From an uncultured Candidatus Saccharibacteria bacterium (GTDB lineage Bacteria > Patescibacteriota > Minisyncoccia > Phycocordibacterales > UBA918), in the NCBI GenBank assembly GCA_964626635.1, contig CAZVFY010000004.1, positions 530 through 64,529 on the forward strand: a stretch of DNA of 64,000 nt. The letters are read 5' to 3'. The notes under the pieces are model-generated. The model ran no database searches, was not told where the DNA came from, and saw only the letters and a program-made list of their open reading frames with translations. Position numbers and translations under genes: made by a program. Shown here piece after piece: positions 10,071 to 18,730 of the stretch (positions within the stretch are counted from its first letter, which is position 1; each line of letters starts with the position of its first letter).

Positions 10071-10094
10071 CCAGCGAACGCTGGTTTTTTATTT
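10071..10094 (+). terminator. rho-independent terminator (CCAGCG-aa-CGCTGG + T-run)
   Basis: Perfect 6-bp stem followed by TTTTTTATTT. Confidence 0.5.
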
Positions 10095-10361
10095 ATACGA
10101 AAAATTGCCAGTTGTTTCCACGTAACGATGGGGAGGTGGTACGAGGTTTTGCAGACAACCGTGTGAGGCGCTTTTTTATCACTGTGTTTACAACATACGT
10201 ACAGTTTGATACATTGTCCCTTTCATCGAATGGATGGCGTACATTTTGGAGGAATACATGCCGTTGGATACCCCGCCCGCATGGTGGCAAGAAGCCTATG
10301 GTTCGCGTCGACCGCCGCGCGGATCGAGTCAATCGCCGTTCACGGCATAAGCTGCTTGAGC

Positions 10362-10400
10362 GGCCCGGCGCGCATCAAATGATGTGCGCCGGCCTTTTCA
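10362..10400 (+). terminator. rho-independent terminator (GC-rich ~12-bp stem + TTTTCATT)
   Basis: ccggcgcgcatc / gatgtgcgccgg stem with one G:U, then T-run; immediately follows a 30-codon ORF (10258-10350) that has a GGAGG SD. Confidence 0.5.
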
Positions 10401-10422
10401 TTAGAGCTTTGCACCACAGCTA

Positions 10423-10450
10423 TTTACAAATACTAAAATTAATGTATATT
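10423..10450 (+). promoter_or_regulatory. putative promoter (TTTACA-N16-TATATT) for the VPLPA-CTERM gene
   Basis: AT-rich promoter-like hexamers 40-70 nt upstream of the ATG at 10493. Confidence 0.35.
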
Positions 10451-10492
10451 TAGGTGTCGCCAATCCGGCGATATAGCACCAAGGAGGTCTTT

Positions 10493-11209
10493 ATGACCAA
10501 ACTAGCTCTTTTCATTAGCAAGCCGGTTGGCTTGCTGCTGGCAGCGCTTTTGACGCTACCACTGGCCACGCAGGCCGCGACCATCAGCATCACCCCGTTC
10601 GACCCAGGCGCCTACACGGCCGCCGTCCAAGGCGGCGTGGTCGAGGATTTCGAGTCGTCGCCAACCGGCGTCTGGGATCCCAACATTGGGACCAGCGTCG
10701 GCACTTTCTCGCCGGTGGGCGGGGTTGGCACCGGCGCGGTCTGCCGCAAGTAGTCCGGCCGACCATGTACCGATCTCTTCCTCAGCGATACGCTGCGGCG
10801 AGGGCAAGGCAACGTCGTCCCCGACGGCGGCGCCAAGTCGCTATCGTCGAACGATACCCTGGGTATCGTCTGGGACGCCAGTCTGCTGAGCGGACAACGC
10901 TTCCGCGGTGTCGCGGTGGCGCTCAGTGATCCGGCCGATCAGGGTGCGCTCTTCACGGTCGCAACTGGCGGCTCGAGTGCAACGCTCGTGGGTCAGGCCA
11001 GCGGCAACCAGCATTTGGTGCTGGTGGACTTCGGACGACCGACGAGGAGTGCGACGATCATGTTCTCCAACAACGAGGTCAATGATGGCTTCACGCTCGA
11101 TGGTGCGACGCTGGTCGACGTGACGCCAGTGCCATTGCCGGCCAGTGCCGCGCTGCTGCTCGGCGCCATTGCCGGGCTGGGCGTCATGCGGAGCCGGAAG
11201 ACGGCGTAA
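10493..11209 (+). pseudogene. VPLPA-CTERM (PEP-CTERM variant) sorting-domain surface protein interrupted by a single in-frame TAG at 10751-10753
   Basis: AAGGAGG SD; N-terminal signal peptide MTKLALFISKPVGLLLAALLTLPLATQA. ORF-track pieces 10454..10753 and 10916..11209 are in the same frame with no other stop between them. C-terminus VTPVPLPASAALLLGAIAGLGVMRSRKTA is the VPLPA motif + TM + basic tail. Confidence 0.55.
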
Positions 11210-11313
11210 GTACCAATACCTGTGCTCGCCAATATGCGAACACTACCTGCCGGGATCCTTTATTGGCTCCCGGTTTTCTTTTTATAAATTACCAGTACGG
11301 TATACTGGTTCAT

Positions 11314-12510
11314 ATGAAAAAACAGCGAGCTTCAACGGCTAAAAAAACCAATAGTAGTGCCGCCACCAAACATCCAGATTACAACCACCTTGCGCTCGAG
11401 CTGCATCGCAGCTTACGTGGCAAGATTGAGGTCAAAGCTAAAGGTAAGCTAAAAACCAAAACCGACTGGAGCACTATGTACTCGCCAGGGGTCGGCGCAG
11501 TATCAAGGCATCTGGCCGACAAACCAGCCGACGCCGCTCGGTACACCGCACGCGGCAACACAGTCGCGGTCGTGTCCGACGGATCGGCGATTCTCGGCCT
11601 CGGGAATCTGGGGCCCACAGCCGCCTTACCCGTAATGGAGGGAAAGTGCGCGATTTTCAAGGCAATGGCAGACATCGACGCTTGGCCAATCGTGCTGGAT
11701 ACTCAGGAACCTGAAGAGATCATCGCCGCGGTCAAGGCGATCGCACCGAGCTTTGGTGGTATCAACCTAGAGGATATCGCGGCGCCCAAGTGCTTTGAGA
11801 TCGAGGAACGCCTCAAGGCCGAGCTAGGTATCCCGGTCATGCATGACGACCAGCATGGGACGGCGATCGTGGTGCTGGCTGGGCTAATCAATGCCGCCAA
11901 GGTCACCGGGCGTAAGCTCAAGCAAATGAAAGTAGTCATTGTTGGCGCGGGTGCGGCCGGGCGCGCGGTGGCGCTGATTCTTGAGACAGCCGGCTTGACG
12001 CAGGTCGTTGTGGTCGATAGCCAGGGCGCGATCGCTCGTGGGAGAGTGGGTATGAACGCCTACAAGCAACACCTCGCCGAGCACACGAACCCAGACGCCG
12101 TCACTGGCGACCTCGCGAGCGTACTGACCGGGGCCGACGCGGTGATCGGCGTCTCCGGGCCAGGCACCATTACTCCGGCACACGTTGCGTCCATGTGCCC
12201 AGACTCGATCGTCTTTGCTCTCGCCAATCCAGTACCCGAGATTATGCCCGTGGACGCGCAGGCCGCTGGCGCCGCCGTGGTCGGTACTGGCCGCAGTGAC
12301 TTGCCAAACCAGGTCAATAACTCGCTCGCGTTCCCGGGGGTGTTCCGCGGCGCGCTCGATCGCGGAGTAGGTGCAATCACCGATGATATGAAGGTAAAAG
12401 CCGCCAAGAAAATCGCCGCGCTTATTCCGAACCCAACCGCGCGTAACGTGATCCCGAGCAACAATGCGCCGGGCTTGGTCGAGGCAGTTGCGAGCGCGAT
12501 TCGCTTTTAG
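11314..12510 (+). CDS. NAD(P)-dependent malic enzyme (short form)
   Basis: Malic enzyme N-terminal and NAD-binding domains (…VYSPGVGAVS…, VVIVGAGAAGRAVA); start set at MKKQ. Confidence 0.85.
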   Translation: MKKQRASTAKKTNSSAATKHPDYNHLALELHRSLRGKIEVKAKGKLKTKTDWSTMYSPGVGAVSRHLADKPADAARYTARGNTVAVVSDGSAILGLGNLGPTAALPVMEGKCAIFKAMADIDAWPIVLDTQEPEEIIAAVKAIAPSFGGINLEDIAAPKCFEIEERLKAELGIPVMHDDQHGTAIVVLAGLINAAKVTGRKLKQMKVVIVGAGAAGRAVALILETAGLTQVVVVDSQGAIARGRVGMNAYKQHLAEHTNPDAVTGDLASVLTGADAVIGVSGPGTITPAHVASMCPDSIVFALANPVPEIMPVDAQAAGAAVVGTGRSDLPNQVNNSLAFPGVFRGALDRGVGAITDDMKVKAAKKIAALIPNPTARNVIPSNNAPGLVEAVASAIRF

Positions 12511-12539
12511 CTTAGTAAGTAACTTTTACTACAAATTCC

Positions 12540-13118
12540 ATGATCATCATCTACGCCAACTATCACAAAGACGGGCACACTGGCGCGGCACTGGCCGCGA
12601 TCGAGCGCAGTCTGACCGAACGACAGCAGTCTTACGAAGTCTGGGACTTATTTGAGGCGGACTTTGACGTGCGGTACAACCCACATACGACTGACCAAAC
12701 TGATGACACGCATCGCGCCATTGATCCGCAGATCCGCTACTGGCAAGATCGCTTGGCCGAAGAAACTGACATTATCATCATCTACCCGACCTGGTGGATC
12801 AACGTACCGGCGGTTCTGAAGGGTTGGTACGACCGCGTACTGACGGCAAAGTTCGCGTTCCAATATAATTATAAGGGAATCCCCGAAGGACTGCTGACAG
12901 GCAAGCGCGCGTTCGTGGTGTCGACCGGCGGCGCACCGACCTGGTTGCACCGGTTTGGAAAAGGCTTTCGGTCACTGAAAGTCACCACGAGCGACACGCT
13001 TAATTTTTGTGGGATCAAAACCAAGACGTGCTTTATTGGATCGTGTACTCAAATTACCGATGAGAAGCGAAGTGTGATTGATGCGACTGTCAATCACGCA
13101 TTTAGGAAATGGTTGTAG
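12540..13118 (+). CDS. flavodoxin-like NAD(P)H dehydrogenase (quinone) family protein
   Basis: Motifs IIYANYH…, IIIIYPTWWINVPAVLKGWYDRV typical of the Flavodoxin_2/NQO-type family. Confidence 0.7.
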   Translation: MIIIYANYHKDGHTGAALAAIERSLTERQQSYEVWDLFEADFDVRYNPHTTDQTDDTHRAIDPQIRYWQDRLAEETDIIIIYPTWWINVPAVLKGWYDRVLTAKFAFQYNYKGIPEGLLTGKRAFVVSTGGAPTWLHRFGKGFRSLKVTTSDTLNFCGIKTKTCFIGSCTQITDEKRSVIDATVNHAFRKWL

Positions 13119-13625
13119 CGGTTGGCTGTTCTCTTGGTGTACGCCACACTCGCGGGAACAAAATGTAACCCCCACGCATACCGTATGGGTAGGTGTGGGG
13201 GTCGGGCTACGTCGCTGACGTAGTATGCGCGTGATGATCCAGGTTGGCCTGCCATCGTCCGGCCGTGCGCCGGAACCATTCTTGATGCCTCTCATCAGCG
13301 CAGGTATATCCGGTCGCACGTGGTCGATCGCAGCCTGGCTTAACGCAGGCTTCTCGCTGTTGTGGATCATTGCCGTAGTAGCACATTGGCTGACTGCTCC
13401 TCTCACTGTCCGTCACTAGCATAAAACGCTGGCGTAAGTTTTGGCAAGGGGGATACAGTGTGTTACTCTTGCAAGCACAAATTTGCAGGGGCAGAGTCCG
13501 CCCTGTCCTTGTAATTTGGAGAGTTGCTACGCTCAAAAAGCTGCCGCAATGCTCCCAGCGCGGGCTCGGTTTGAGTCTGCAGGATGTTTGGGTATACTGC
13601 GAGCGTTGGAATGATATAGAATATT

Positions 13626-13712
13626 GGAGAGTTGGCTGAGCGGTCGAAAGCGCATCCCTGCTAAGGATGTAGGGGAGCAATCCCCTCGAGGGTTCGAATC
13701 CCTCACTCTCCG
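13626..13712 (+). tRNA. tRNA-Ser (anticodon GCU)
   Basis: Cloverleaf with 7-bp acceptor GGAGAGT/ACTCTCC, anticodon loop CTGCTAA, long variable arm, T-loop TTCGAAT, discriminator G. Confidence 0.85.
13695..13712 (+). repeat. attL-like 18-bp direct repeat (cgaatccctcactctccg) = 3' end of tRNA-Ser
   Basis: Identical 18-mer recurs at 38863-38880. Confidence 0.8.
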
Positions 13713-13772
13713 CACCGAATACTGGTTATCGGCAGACCCGTAGGCTCTTATTTAGAGCCATATAAAATTGCC

Positions 13773-13813
13773 GTTCGAATCCCTTAGAGGTGTCACCTCT
13801 AAGGGATTCGAAC
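13773..13813. repeat. perfect 20-bp-arm palindrome derived from tRNA T-arm (gttcgaatcccttagaggtg|tcacctctaagggattcgaac)
   Basis: Read directly; adjacent to the att region. Confidence 0.75.
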
Positions 13814-13819
13814 TTTTAT

Positions 13820-13852
13820 ACAAAAACAGCTCCTGCAAGGAGCTGTTTTTGT
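13820..13852. terminator. bidirectional terminator hairpin (15-bp perfect stem, A/T runs on both sides)
   Basis: acaaaaacagctcct-gca-aggagctgtttttgt, between tRNA-Ser (+) and convergent oxidase gene (-). Confidence 0.6.
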
Positions 13853-13864
13853 ATTTCTATAATG

Positions 13865-15520
13865 TTACTTCACTTCAAAGTTGAACATCATGCCTGCGTC
13901 TAAATGCTCAGCTATATGACAATGTGCCATCCATGTACCAGGGTTACTCATCTCGATCAAGATGTCGTACGTTGCACCTTCAGGAATCAAGACGGAATCC
14001 TTCCACTGCATGTTCTCATTTAGTTCTCCATCCTTGGCCAAAACAACAAACTTTTGTCCATGGAAATGGATCGGGTGTTGCATAGGGTGCGTTCCTTCAT
14101 CGTCATTGAAGATGCGTACTTTTACCAAGTCTCCTTGATTGAATGACCATCGAATATTTCGATTTCGTTTTTCAGAATCGGTATCCCAAATCTCCCAACG
14201 AATAGTCTCGTCGGTACTCATCCGATTCATCATACCCATATCATCTTCCCACTCAATGCCGTCTTCGCCATGTTCTGCTTCCTCGTCTCCTTCATCAAGA
14301 TACGGTTCACAGCCAGCCATCTCAGGCATCATCTTGCAGTGTTCACGCATCATGTCATCGTCGTTATTTTCTCCCATCATCCCCATGCCTGAACCACCGC
14401 TATTCATGTCATTCATCATTTCACCCATCATGCCCTCCATCTCAATATCCAAACGAAGGTTTTTATCAGGTGCTTTAGCTAGCAGTGTTGCCGCTTGATT
14501 ACGGACGTCAGCGTAATCGGAAGCGTTGCTACGTAAGACCTCAAACTCAACTAGACGATTTGCGTCAGATGGCTCAACGGTCACTGAACCAATCTCCTGG
14601 CCTCGGTGCATGATTGGATACGTGCCTGGTGTATCGTAATACAGTTCGATAACGTATCGCTCTGAAGTACCAATAATTTGATGGTCAATCATTTCTTCTT
14701 TTTCAATCCGTCCTGTATCACCTCCAACTAACTTCATCTGTGCTCCTTCAAACTCTAGTTTGAATGTCCGCGTGCTTGCTACATTCGTGATAAACGTTCG
14801 TGTAATTTCTCCTTGATTAACGGTCAGGTTGTAGTTCTCAGTGTCGTTGATCAGGAGTCGGTCACCAAAGCGTCCCATGAGCGCGTGTGTGACCACCTCA
14901 CGACTGTATTCACCATCTTCGAGGATATCATCGACAATAATATACTCCTCTTGATCTACTTCATTCCAGTAGCCATCTTCGGTAACGATAAAGTTTCCAT
15001 AGAGACCCATATCTTGTTGGTAGTCTTCCCGGACGTGTGGGTGGTACCAGAAGACACCTGTATCAGGGAATTCAAGCTGGTAGCTAAAGGTCTCACCAAC
15101 TTCGACTGCCGGAGTAATCGGTACGGCACCATCCATCTTCCAGTCACCACGCAAGCCGTGAGAATGGAGTGCTGTTTCCATGTCGATGTTGTTAGTAAAG
15201 TTCACCGTTACCTCAGAACCTTTTTCTACCTTAAGAATCGGACCAGGAATCTGACCATTGTATGCCAGTCGCTTCACTGTTCTGTTGCCAACTTCCTGAG
15301 TGACAATAGTCGCTTCCATATCGAATACGTCGCCATCTTTGAGTTCAATAACTTCAGTTGGTTTAACTGACTCCAGTTCGTGCTCTGGAAGCTTTGAAAG
15401 ATCATCCGATCCAAAGTTTGTTAGTGCGTTTTGAAACGCTGGTATTTGGTTGTTACTTTGGAAAAACCAAATACCTCCGATAATGAGCGCTAATGCTCCA
15501 ATTGAAAATATGTATTTCAT
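13865..15520 (-). CDS. multicopper oxidase (CueO/laccase-like) with methionine-rich insert
   Basis: Cupredoxin motifs WYHPH… and C-terminal HCHIAEHLDAGMM; Met-rich segment MEGMMGEMMNDMN…GMGMMGE; N-terminal signal/TM. Confidence 0.85.
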   Translation of the reverse strand: MKYIFSIGALALIIGGIWFFQSNNQIPAFQNALTNFGSDDLSKLPEHELESVKPTEVIELKDGDVFDMEATIVTQEVGNRTVKRLAYNGQIPGPILKVEKGSEVTVNFTNNIDMETALHSHGLRGDWKMDGAVPITPAVEVGETFSYQLEFPDTGVFWYHPHVREDYQQDMGLYGNFIVTEDGYWNEVDQEEYIIVDDILEDGEYSREVVTHALMGRFGDRLLINDTENYNLTVNQGEITRTFITNVASTRTFKLEFEGAQMKLVGGDTGRIEKEEMIDHQIIGTSERYVIELYYDTPGTYPIMHRGQEIGSVTVEPSDANRLVEFEVLRSNASDYADVRNQAATLLAKAPDKNLRLDIEMEGMMGEMMNDMNSGGSGMGMMGENNDDDMMREHCKMMPEMAGCEPYLDEGDEEAEHGEDGIEWEDDMGMMNRMSTDETIRWEIWDTDSEKRNRNIRWSFNQGDLVKVRIFNDDEGTHPMQHPIHFHGQKFVVLAKDGELNENMQWKDSVLIPEGATYDILIEMSNPGTWMAHCHIAEHLDAGMMFNFEVK

Positions 15521-15556
15521 GTGTTTTATAGTTTGCTAGTAATAGGTAAGCGTGAA

Positions 15557-15946
15557 CTAAAATAGTTTGGGATGAAGTATGCCTTTTGAAAACAGTTCTT
15601 GTAGCGGTCTGTAAGAAAAGGTATACGTTCTTTCAGGCGGATAACAATATTGTTTACAAAGAATGCGTTTAGATATACGGAGTACATTGGGAGCAACGGT
15701 CACCGCTGTGGCCAGTAGCCCCGCAGCTGCCAGGAATAAAGTTATCGTTGGTGCCACAGCAAGAAATACTGATTTCCATGCTCCAATATGATCTGCCAAG
15801 TTCATCGGGCAGATGACTTCATCGTGAGACATGAAAGGACAGTCAGTCATGCCCATCGACATATCCATATTTGCTGACATATGGAACAAGCTCACAAACA
15901 TCGTTCCGAGAATAAACAGTAAAATTGTGGCTGACAATATTTTCAT
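15557..15946 (-). CDS. Met/His/Cys-rich small membrane protein, putative copper-handling partner of the oxidase
   Basis: Two TM helices flanking HMSANMDMSMGMTDCPFMSHDEVICPMNLADH; immediately upstream of and co-oriented with the oxidase. Confidence 0.4.
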   Translation of the reverse strand: MKILSATILLFILGTMFVSLFHMSANMDMSMGMTDCPFMSHDEVICPMNLADHIGAWKSVFLAVAPTITLFLAAAGLLATAVTVAPNVLRISKRILCKQYCYPPERTYTFSYRPLQELFSKGILHPKLF

Positions 15947-16011
15947 GTGATGTTGAGTATACCAAAATATCCTTGACCCCTCAGCTCACAGTATCGGGTG
16001 ACCCGGAGCGG

Positions 16012-16085
16012 TGAGAATCCCTTAGCACCCGCAGCGAATATCCGTTATCGGATAGACCCATACACCTTTATTTTAGGCCATATTT
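16012..16085. repeat. degenerate second copy of tRNA-Ser 3' end + downstream flank (tandem att remnant)
   Basis: gagaatccct…gaatatccgttatcggatagacccatacacctttattttaggccatat parallels 13697-13765. Inverted T-arm fragment taagggattcgaac at 16121-16134 mirrors 13800-13813. Confidence 0.6.
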
Positions 16086-16172
16086 TCTCTGTAGCAGTTT
16101 TCGCCTAGTCTGGACCCCAGTAAGGGATTCGAACCGCACACGGCTCAATGTAGCCGTTTGATCAGTTTTGGC

Positions 16173-16649
16173 TTATTTAGCTATAAATTCATTCAGTAGC
16201 TCTAGATACTGAATCTGTGTTTTAGCGGGTATCTTTGGATGTTTAAAAGATCTTATCTCACCCTTGCTCGCAATCACATCTTCCACGGTATCAAAATAGA
16301 AACCTTCTGGTGAAGCAATAAATAAGGCCGCTCGTTTCCATGATTTTTGTATCGCCTTGGCTGCCTGCAGAACACGACTCTTAGTCACTTTGTTCATATA
16401 TTTCACCTCAATTAGATGTACTTCTTTAGACTTGTGATTGATGATAGTAAAGTCTGGTGCTCGCTTAATGATCTCCATCGTTTCAGCTGTAGCAGGACTT
16501 TTTGGGTGCATCTGTGCCAATGATGGCAAGGTCTTCTCGTAGCCAAATTCTAAGATGGTGTACGCATCAGTACTGCGAATCATCTGAGCAAAGATAAGCT
16601 CGGCAATTTTGCCTTTAATCAGTTCGTGGGTGAAGTGGATGTTATTCAT
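16173..16649 (-). CDS. PD-(D/E)XK restriction-endonuclease-like protein
   Basis: Mrr-cat-like N-terminus (GKIAELIFAQMIR…GYE) and PDFTII…EVHLIEVKY (D…E-x-K) motif; motif-level only. Confidence 0.45.
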   Translation of the reverse strand: MNNIHFTHELIKGKIAELIFAQMIRSTDAYTILEFGYEKTLPSLAQMHPKSPATAETMEIIKRAPDFTIINHKSKEVHLIEVKYMNKVTKSRVLQAAKAIQKSWKRAALFIASPEGFYFDTVEDVIASKGEIRSFKHPKIPAKTQIQYLELLNEFIAK

Positions 16650-16722
16650 GGGTTTTATTATAAACCAGTTTGTATAGGCTAAATAAGCAACGTGAGCGTT
16701 TATTTAACTAATTCTATACAAC

Positions 16723-17772
16723 ATGAACGTAACAACACTAATGGTTGGCTATGAACCGTCAGCTTTAGAGACTCTCAAGGGTGCACAACTAACACGGCAT
16801 CAATACTTTCAAGATACCCTCGCTCGATATAATTTTGGCGAGGTTTTGTTTTTGTCTGAAAACGAGAGTAAAGAACAGATTACTTCAATCAACCCACTGC
16901 TCGTATTTGTCACCCATGATACGATCGCTCGGGAACTAAAAGAAATCAAATCTGATTACTTACTCTACGTTATTCCTAACTACAATCAGATCTTTGCTCG
17001 AAAAGCTGAAGTCAAAGAAAAGAAAGAGAAATTGAACAAGATATTCACTGAAGCAGAGGGTGTTATCGCAGAAGTCTTAAGTGGCGAAAAGGAAGATAAA
17101 GACCTGCGTCACTTTGCTTCACTTAGTTACAAAGATATGTACGACATGATTACCAAAGCCTTGATCAGTGATGATGAAGATTTAAAGAAAAATGCTTGGG
17201 ACTTGCTCTGGGATAATAGTCCTAAACACAGTAATCTCATATGGATGCGAGTGCAGATGATGGCTGATTGTTGGCAACACTCTAAAGGAGAATCTTTAGA
17301 GCAACTGATGTTAATGTCCATGGAGTGTCACCTTGAAATGGATCTTGTGAGACAAATGGATGATTTCATTGATGCCGATGGAAATCAGTATCACCAGTAC
17401 ATGTTTCTTGATCCCTATGGTCGTGACGTGAATCACATCAGACGTCTACCCTATGCCCATAAAAACGAAGACAGATATGCCTATGAAGCCAGACTAGAGA
17501 AGAGTGAAATACCCACTAATTTTTTACGGGTACAGTTGGAAGCTAATCAGTATCGACAACAGTGTGACGAATATTTGGAAGCTGAGTGTGAAAAAATTCA
17601 AGTGATACTTGATAGCTACGAAAAGAACCCAAAATCGAGCAAGTCTGAACTTGGCATTACGACACATAATGATGACCAAGATAAAAAGCCTTTAAGTAAA
17701 AAAGAAGTTACAATGTTAAAACAAATGCAAAAAGAGAATAAAAACCTAATGTATAAAAATGAGCACGTTTAG
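16723..17772 (+). CDS. hypothetical protein (349 aa), first gene of + strand island operon
   Basis: Long ORF, AT-rich codon usage consistent with island; no recognisable motif. Confidence 0.5.
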   Translation: MNVTTLMVGYEPSALETLKGAQLTRHQYFQDTLARYNFGEVLFLSENESKEQITSINPLLVFVTHDTIARELKEIKSDYLLYVIPNYNQIFARKAEVKEKKEKLNKIFTEAEGVIAEVLSGEKEDKDLRHFASLSYKDMYDMITKALISDDEDLKKNAWDLLWDNSPKHSNLIWMRVQMMADCWQHSKGESLEQLMLMSMECHLEMDLVRQMDDFIDADGNQYHQYMFLDPYGRDVNHIRRLPYAHKNEDRYAYEARLEKSEIPTNFLRVQLEANQYRQQCDEYLEAECEKIQVILDSYEKNPKSSKSELGITTHNDDQDKKPLSKKEVTMLKQMQKENKNLMYKNEHV

Positions 17773-18301
17773 TATCCCGTTTCCTGAGTATGATATTGCT
17801 GACATACTTCAGAAAAAGTTTCCCAAAAAAGAGAACTTTTCAGTTGCGATACCAATGAGCCGACAACAGAAGTTTTATGACTTGCTGTTGGTTAAAGGTG
17901 AAAATAAACGATCTGTGACAATTCAAGTTAAGAGCTCAAGAACATGGCTGGCAAATGATAAAGATGATTTTCAGTTTGCTTCATGGCTGAATCACTTTGA
18001 TATCAAGAATAACTATAGTGATTTCTATTTCATCTACATGACACATCCAGTGTTTGATGAAAACTTTAAACCGAAGGCAAAGTGGGATCGAAAAATTCTT
18101 GTCTTTAATCAAAAAGAAATGATCAAGATTTTAGACAGTGTAAAAACTAAATCTGGTAAACCGGAAAAGTTTTTCTCTTTTGGGTTTAATGCTGACGGCA
18201 AAATGATTACTGGCGAAAGAGGTTTTTCACACTTACCGAAGAAAAACTTCGCAAAGAACTTATTGGAAAACAAGCTTGATGAAATTCAGAAGAAGTTTTA
18301 A
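17759..18301 (+). CDS. hypothetical protein (180 aa)
   Basis: ORF overlapping upstream gene by 14 nt (translational coupling). Confidence 0.45.
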   Translation: MSTFSIPFPEYDIADILQKKFPKKENFSVAIPMSRQQKFYDLLLVKGENKRSVTIQVKSSRTWLANDKDDFQFASWLNHFDIKNNYSDFYFIYMTHPVFDENFKPKAKWDRKILVFNQKEMIKILDSVKTKSGKPEKFFSFGFNADGKMITGERGFSHLPKKNFAKNLLENKLDEIQKKF

Positions 18302-18328
18302 GTATCAGTAAGTGGTAAAATTTAAGTT

Positions 18329-18730
18329 ATGAAATGGCTAAAAAATAATAGTGTAGAGATTGTACTGTTCCTTGGACTCACACCTTTCCTCATAAATTTT
18401 TTCGGATATCAAGGAGAGGATGAATATGTGATGTCGATCCCAATTCTTGTCCTCGGTCTGATCATGCTTTACAAACGTCATTTTCGTTCGCGTCAAAGAT
18501 ATTCTGACGCCAGCCTCTTTGCTTCAGATTTTGACGATGATGACGACATGTATGAAGATGCAAAGGATGCTGTTATTGAAGCTGGGAAAGCTTCTACGTC
18601 GTTTCTACAACGAAAACTACGCATCGGTTACTCTCGTTCAGCACGTTTGATGGACTTGCTTGAAGAAAATGAAGTGATTGGTCCTGCAAATGGTTCAGAA
18701 CCACGAGAAATACTCCAGAAAGAACATTGA
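18329..18730 (+). CDS. membrane protein with C-terminal FtsK-gamma (winged-helix, KOPS-binding-like) domain
   Basis: Two N-terminal TM helices; C-terminus [56 protein letters not shown] closely matches the FtsK/SpoIIIE gamma domain consensus. Confidence 0.6.
   Translation: [133 protein letters not shown]

Noticed and set aside
9389-10166. Several 70-225 aa ORFs on both strands in the GC-rich stretch (9389..10063 -, 9653..10006 +, 9732..10040 -, 9945..10166 +)
   Set aside because: Arg/Pro/Ala-rich low-complexity translations, typical of random ORFs in GC-rich DNA. They run through hairpins and terminators and have no SD.
10686-10889. ORF 10686..10889 (+) and 10556..10836 (-) overlapping the VPLPA-CTERM gene
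   Set aside because: These are out-of-frame or antisense to a coherent signal-peptide to sorting-signal reading frame.
9620-11230. Treating the GC-rich 9620-11230 stretch as a second mobile island
   Set aside because: No flanking repeats or recombinase are present, and neighbouring core genes (malic enzyme) are also GC-rich. Only horizontal origin of the VPLPA-CTERM gene is suggested.
12972-13680. ORFs 12972..13406 (-) and 13207..13680 (-)
   Set aside because: The first overlaps the 3' end of the flavodoxin-like gene. The second runs into tRNA-Ser. Neither has SD support, so the region is treated as non-coding.
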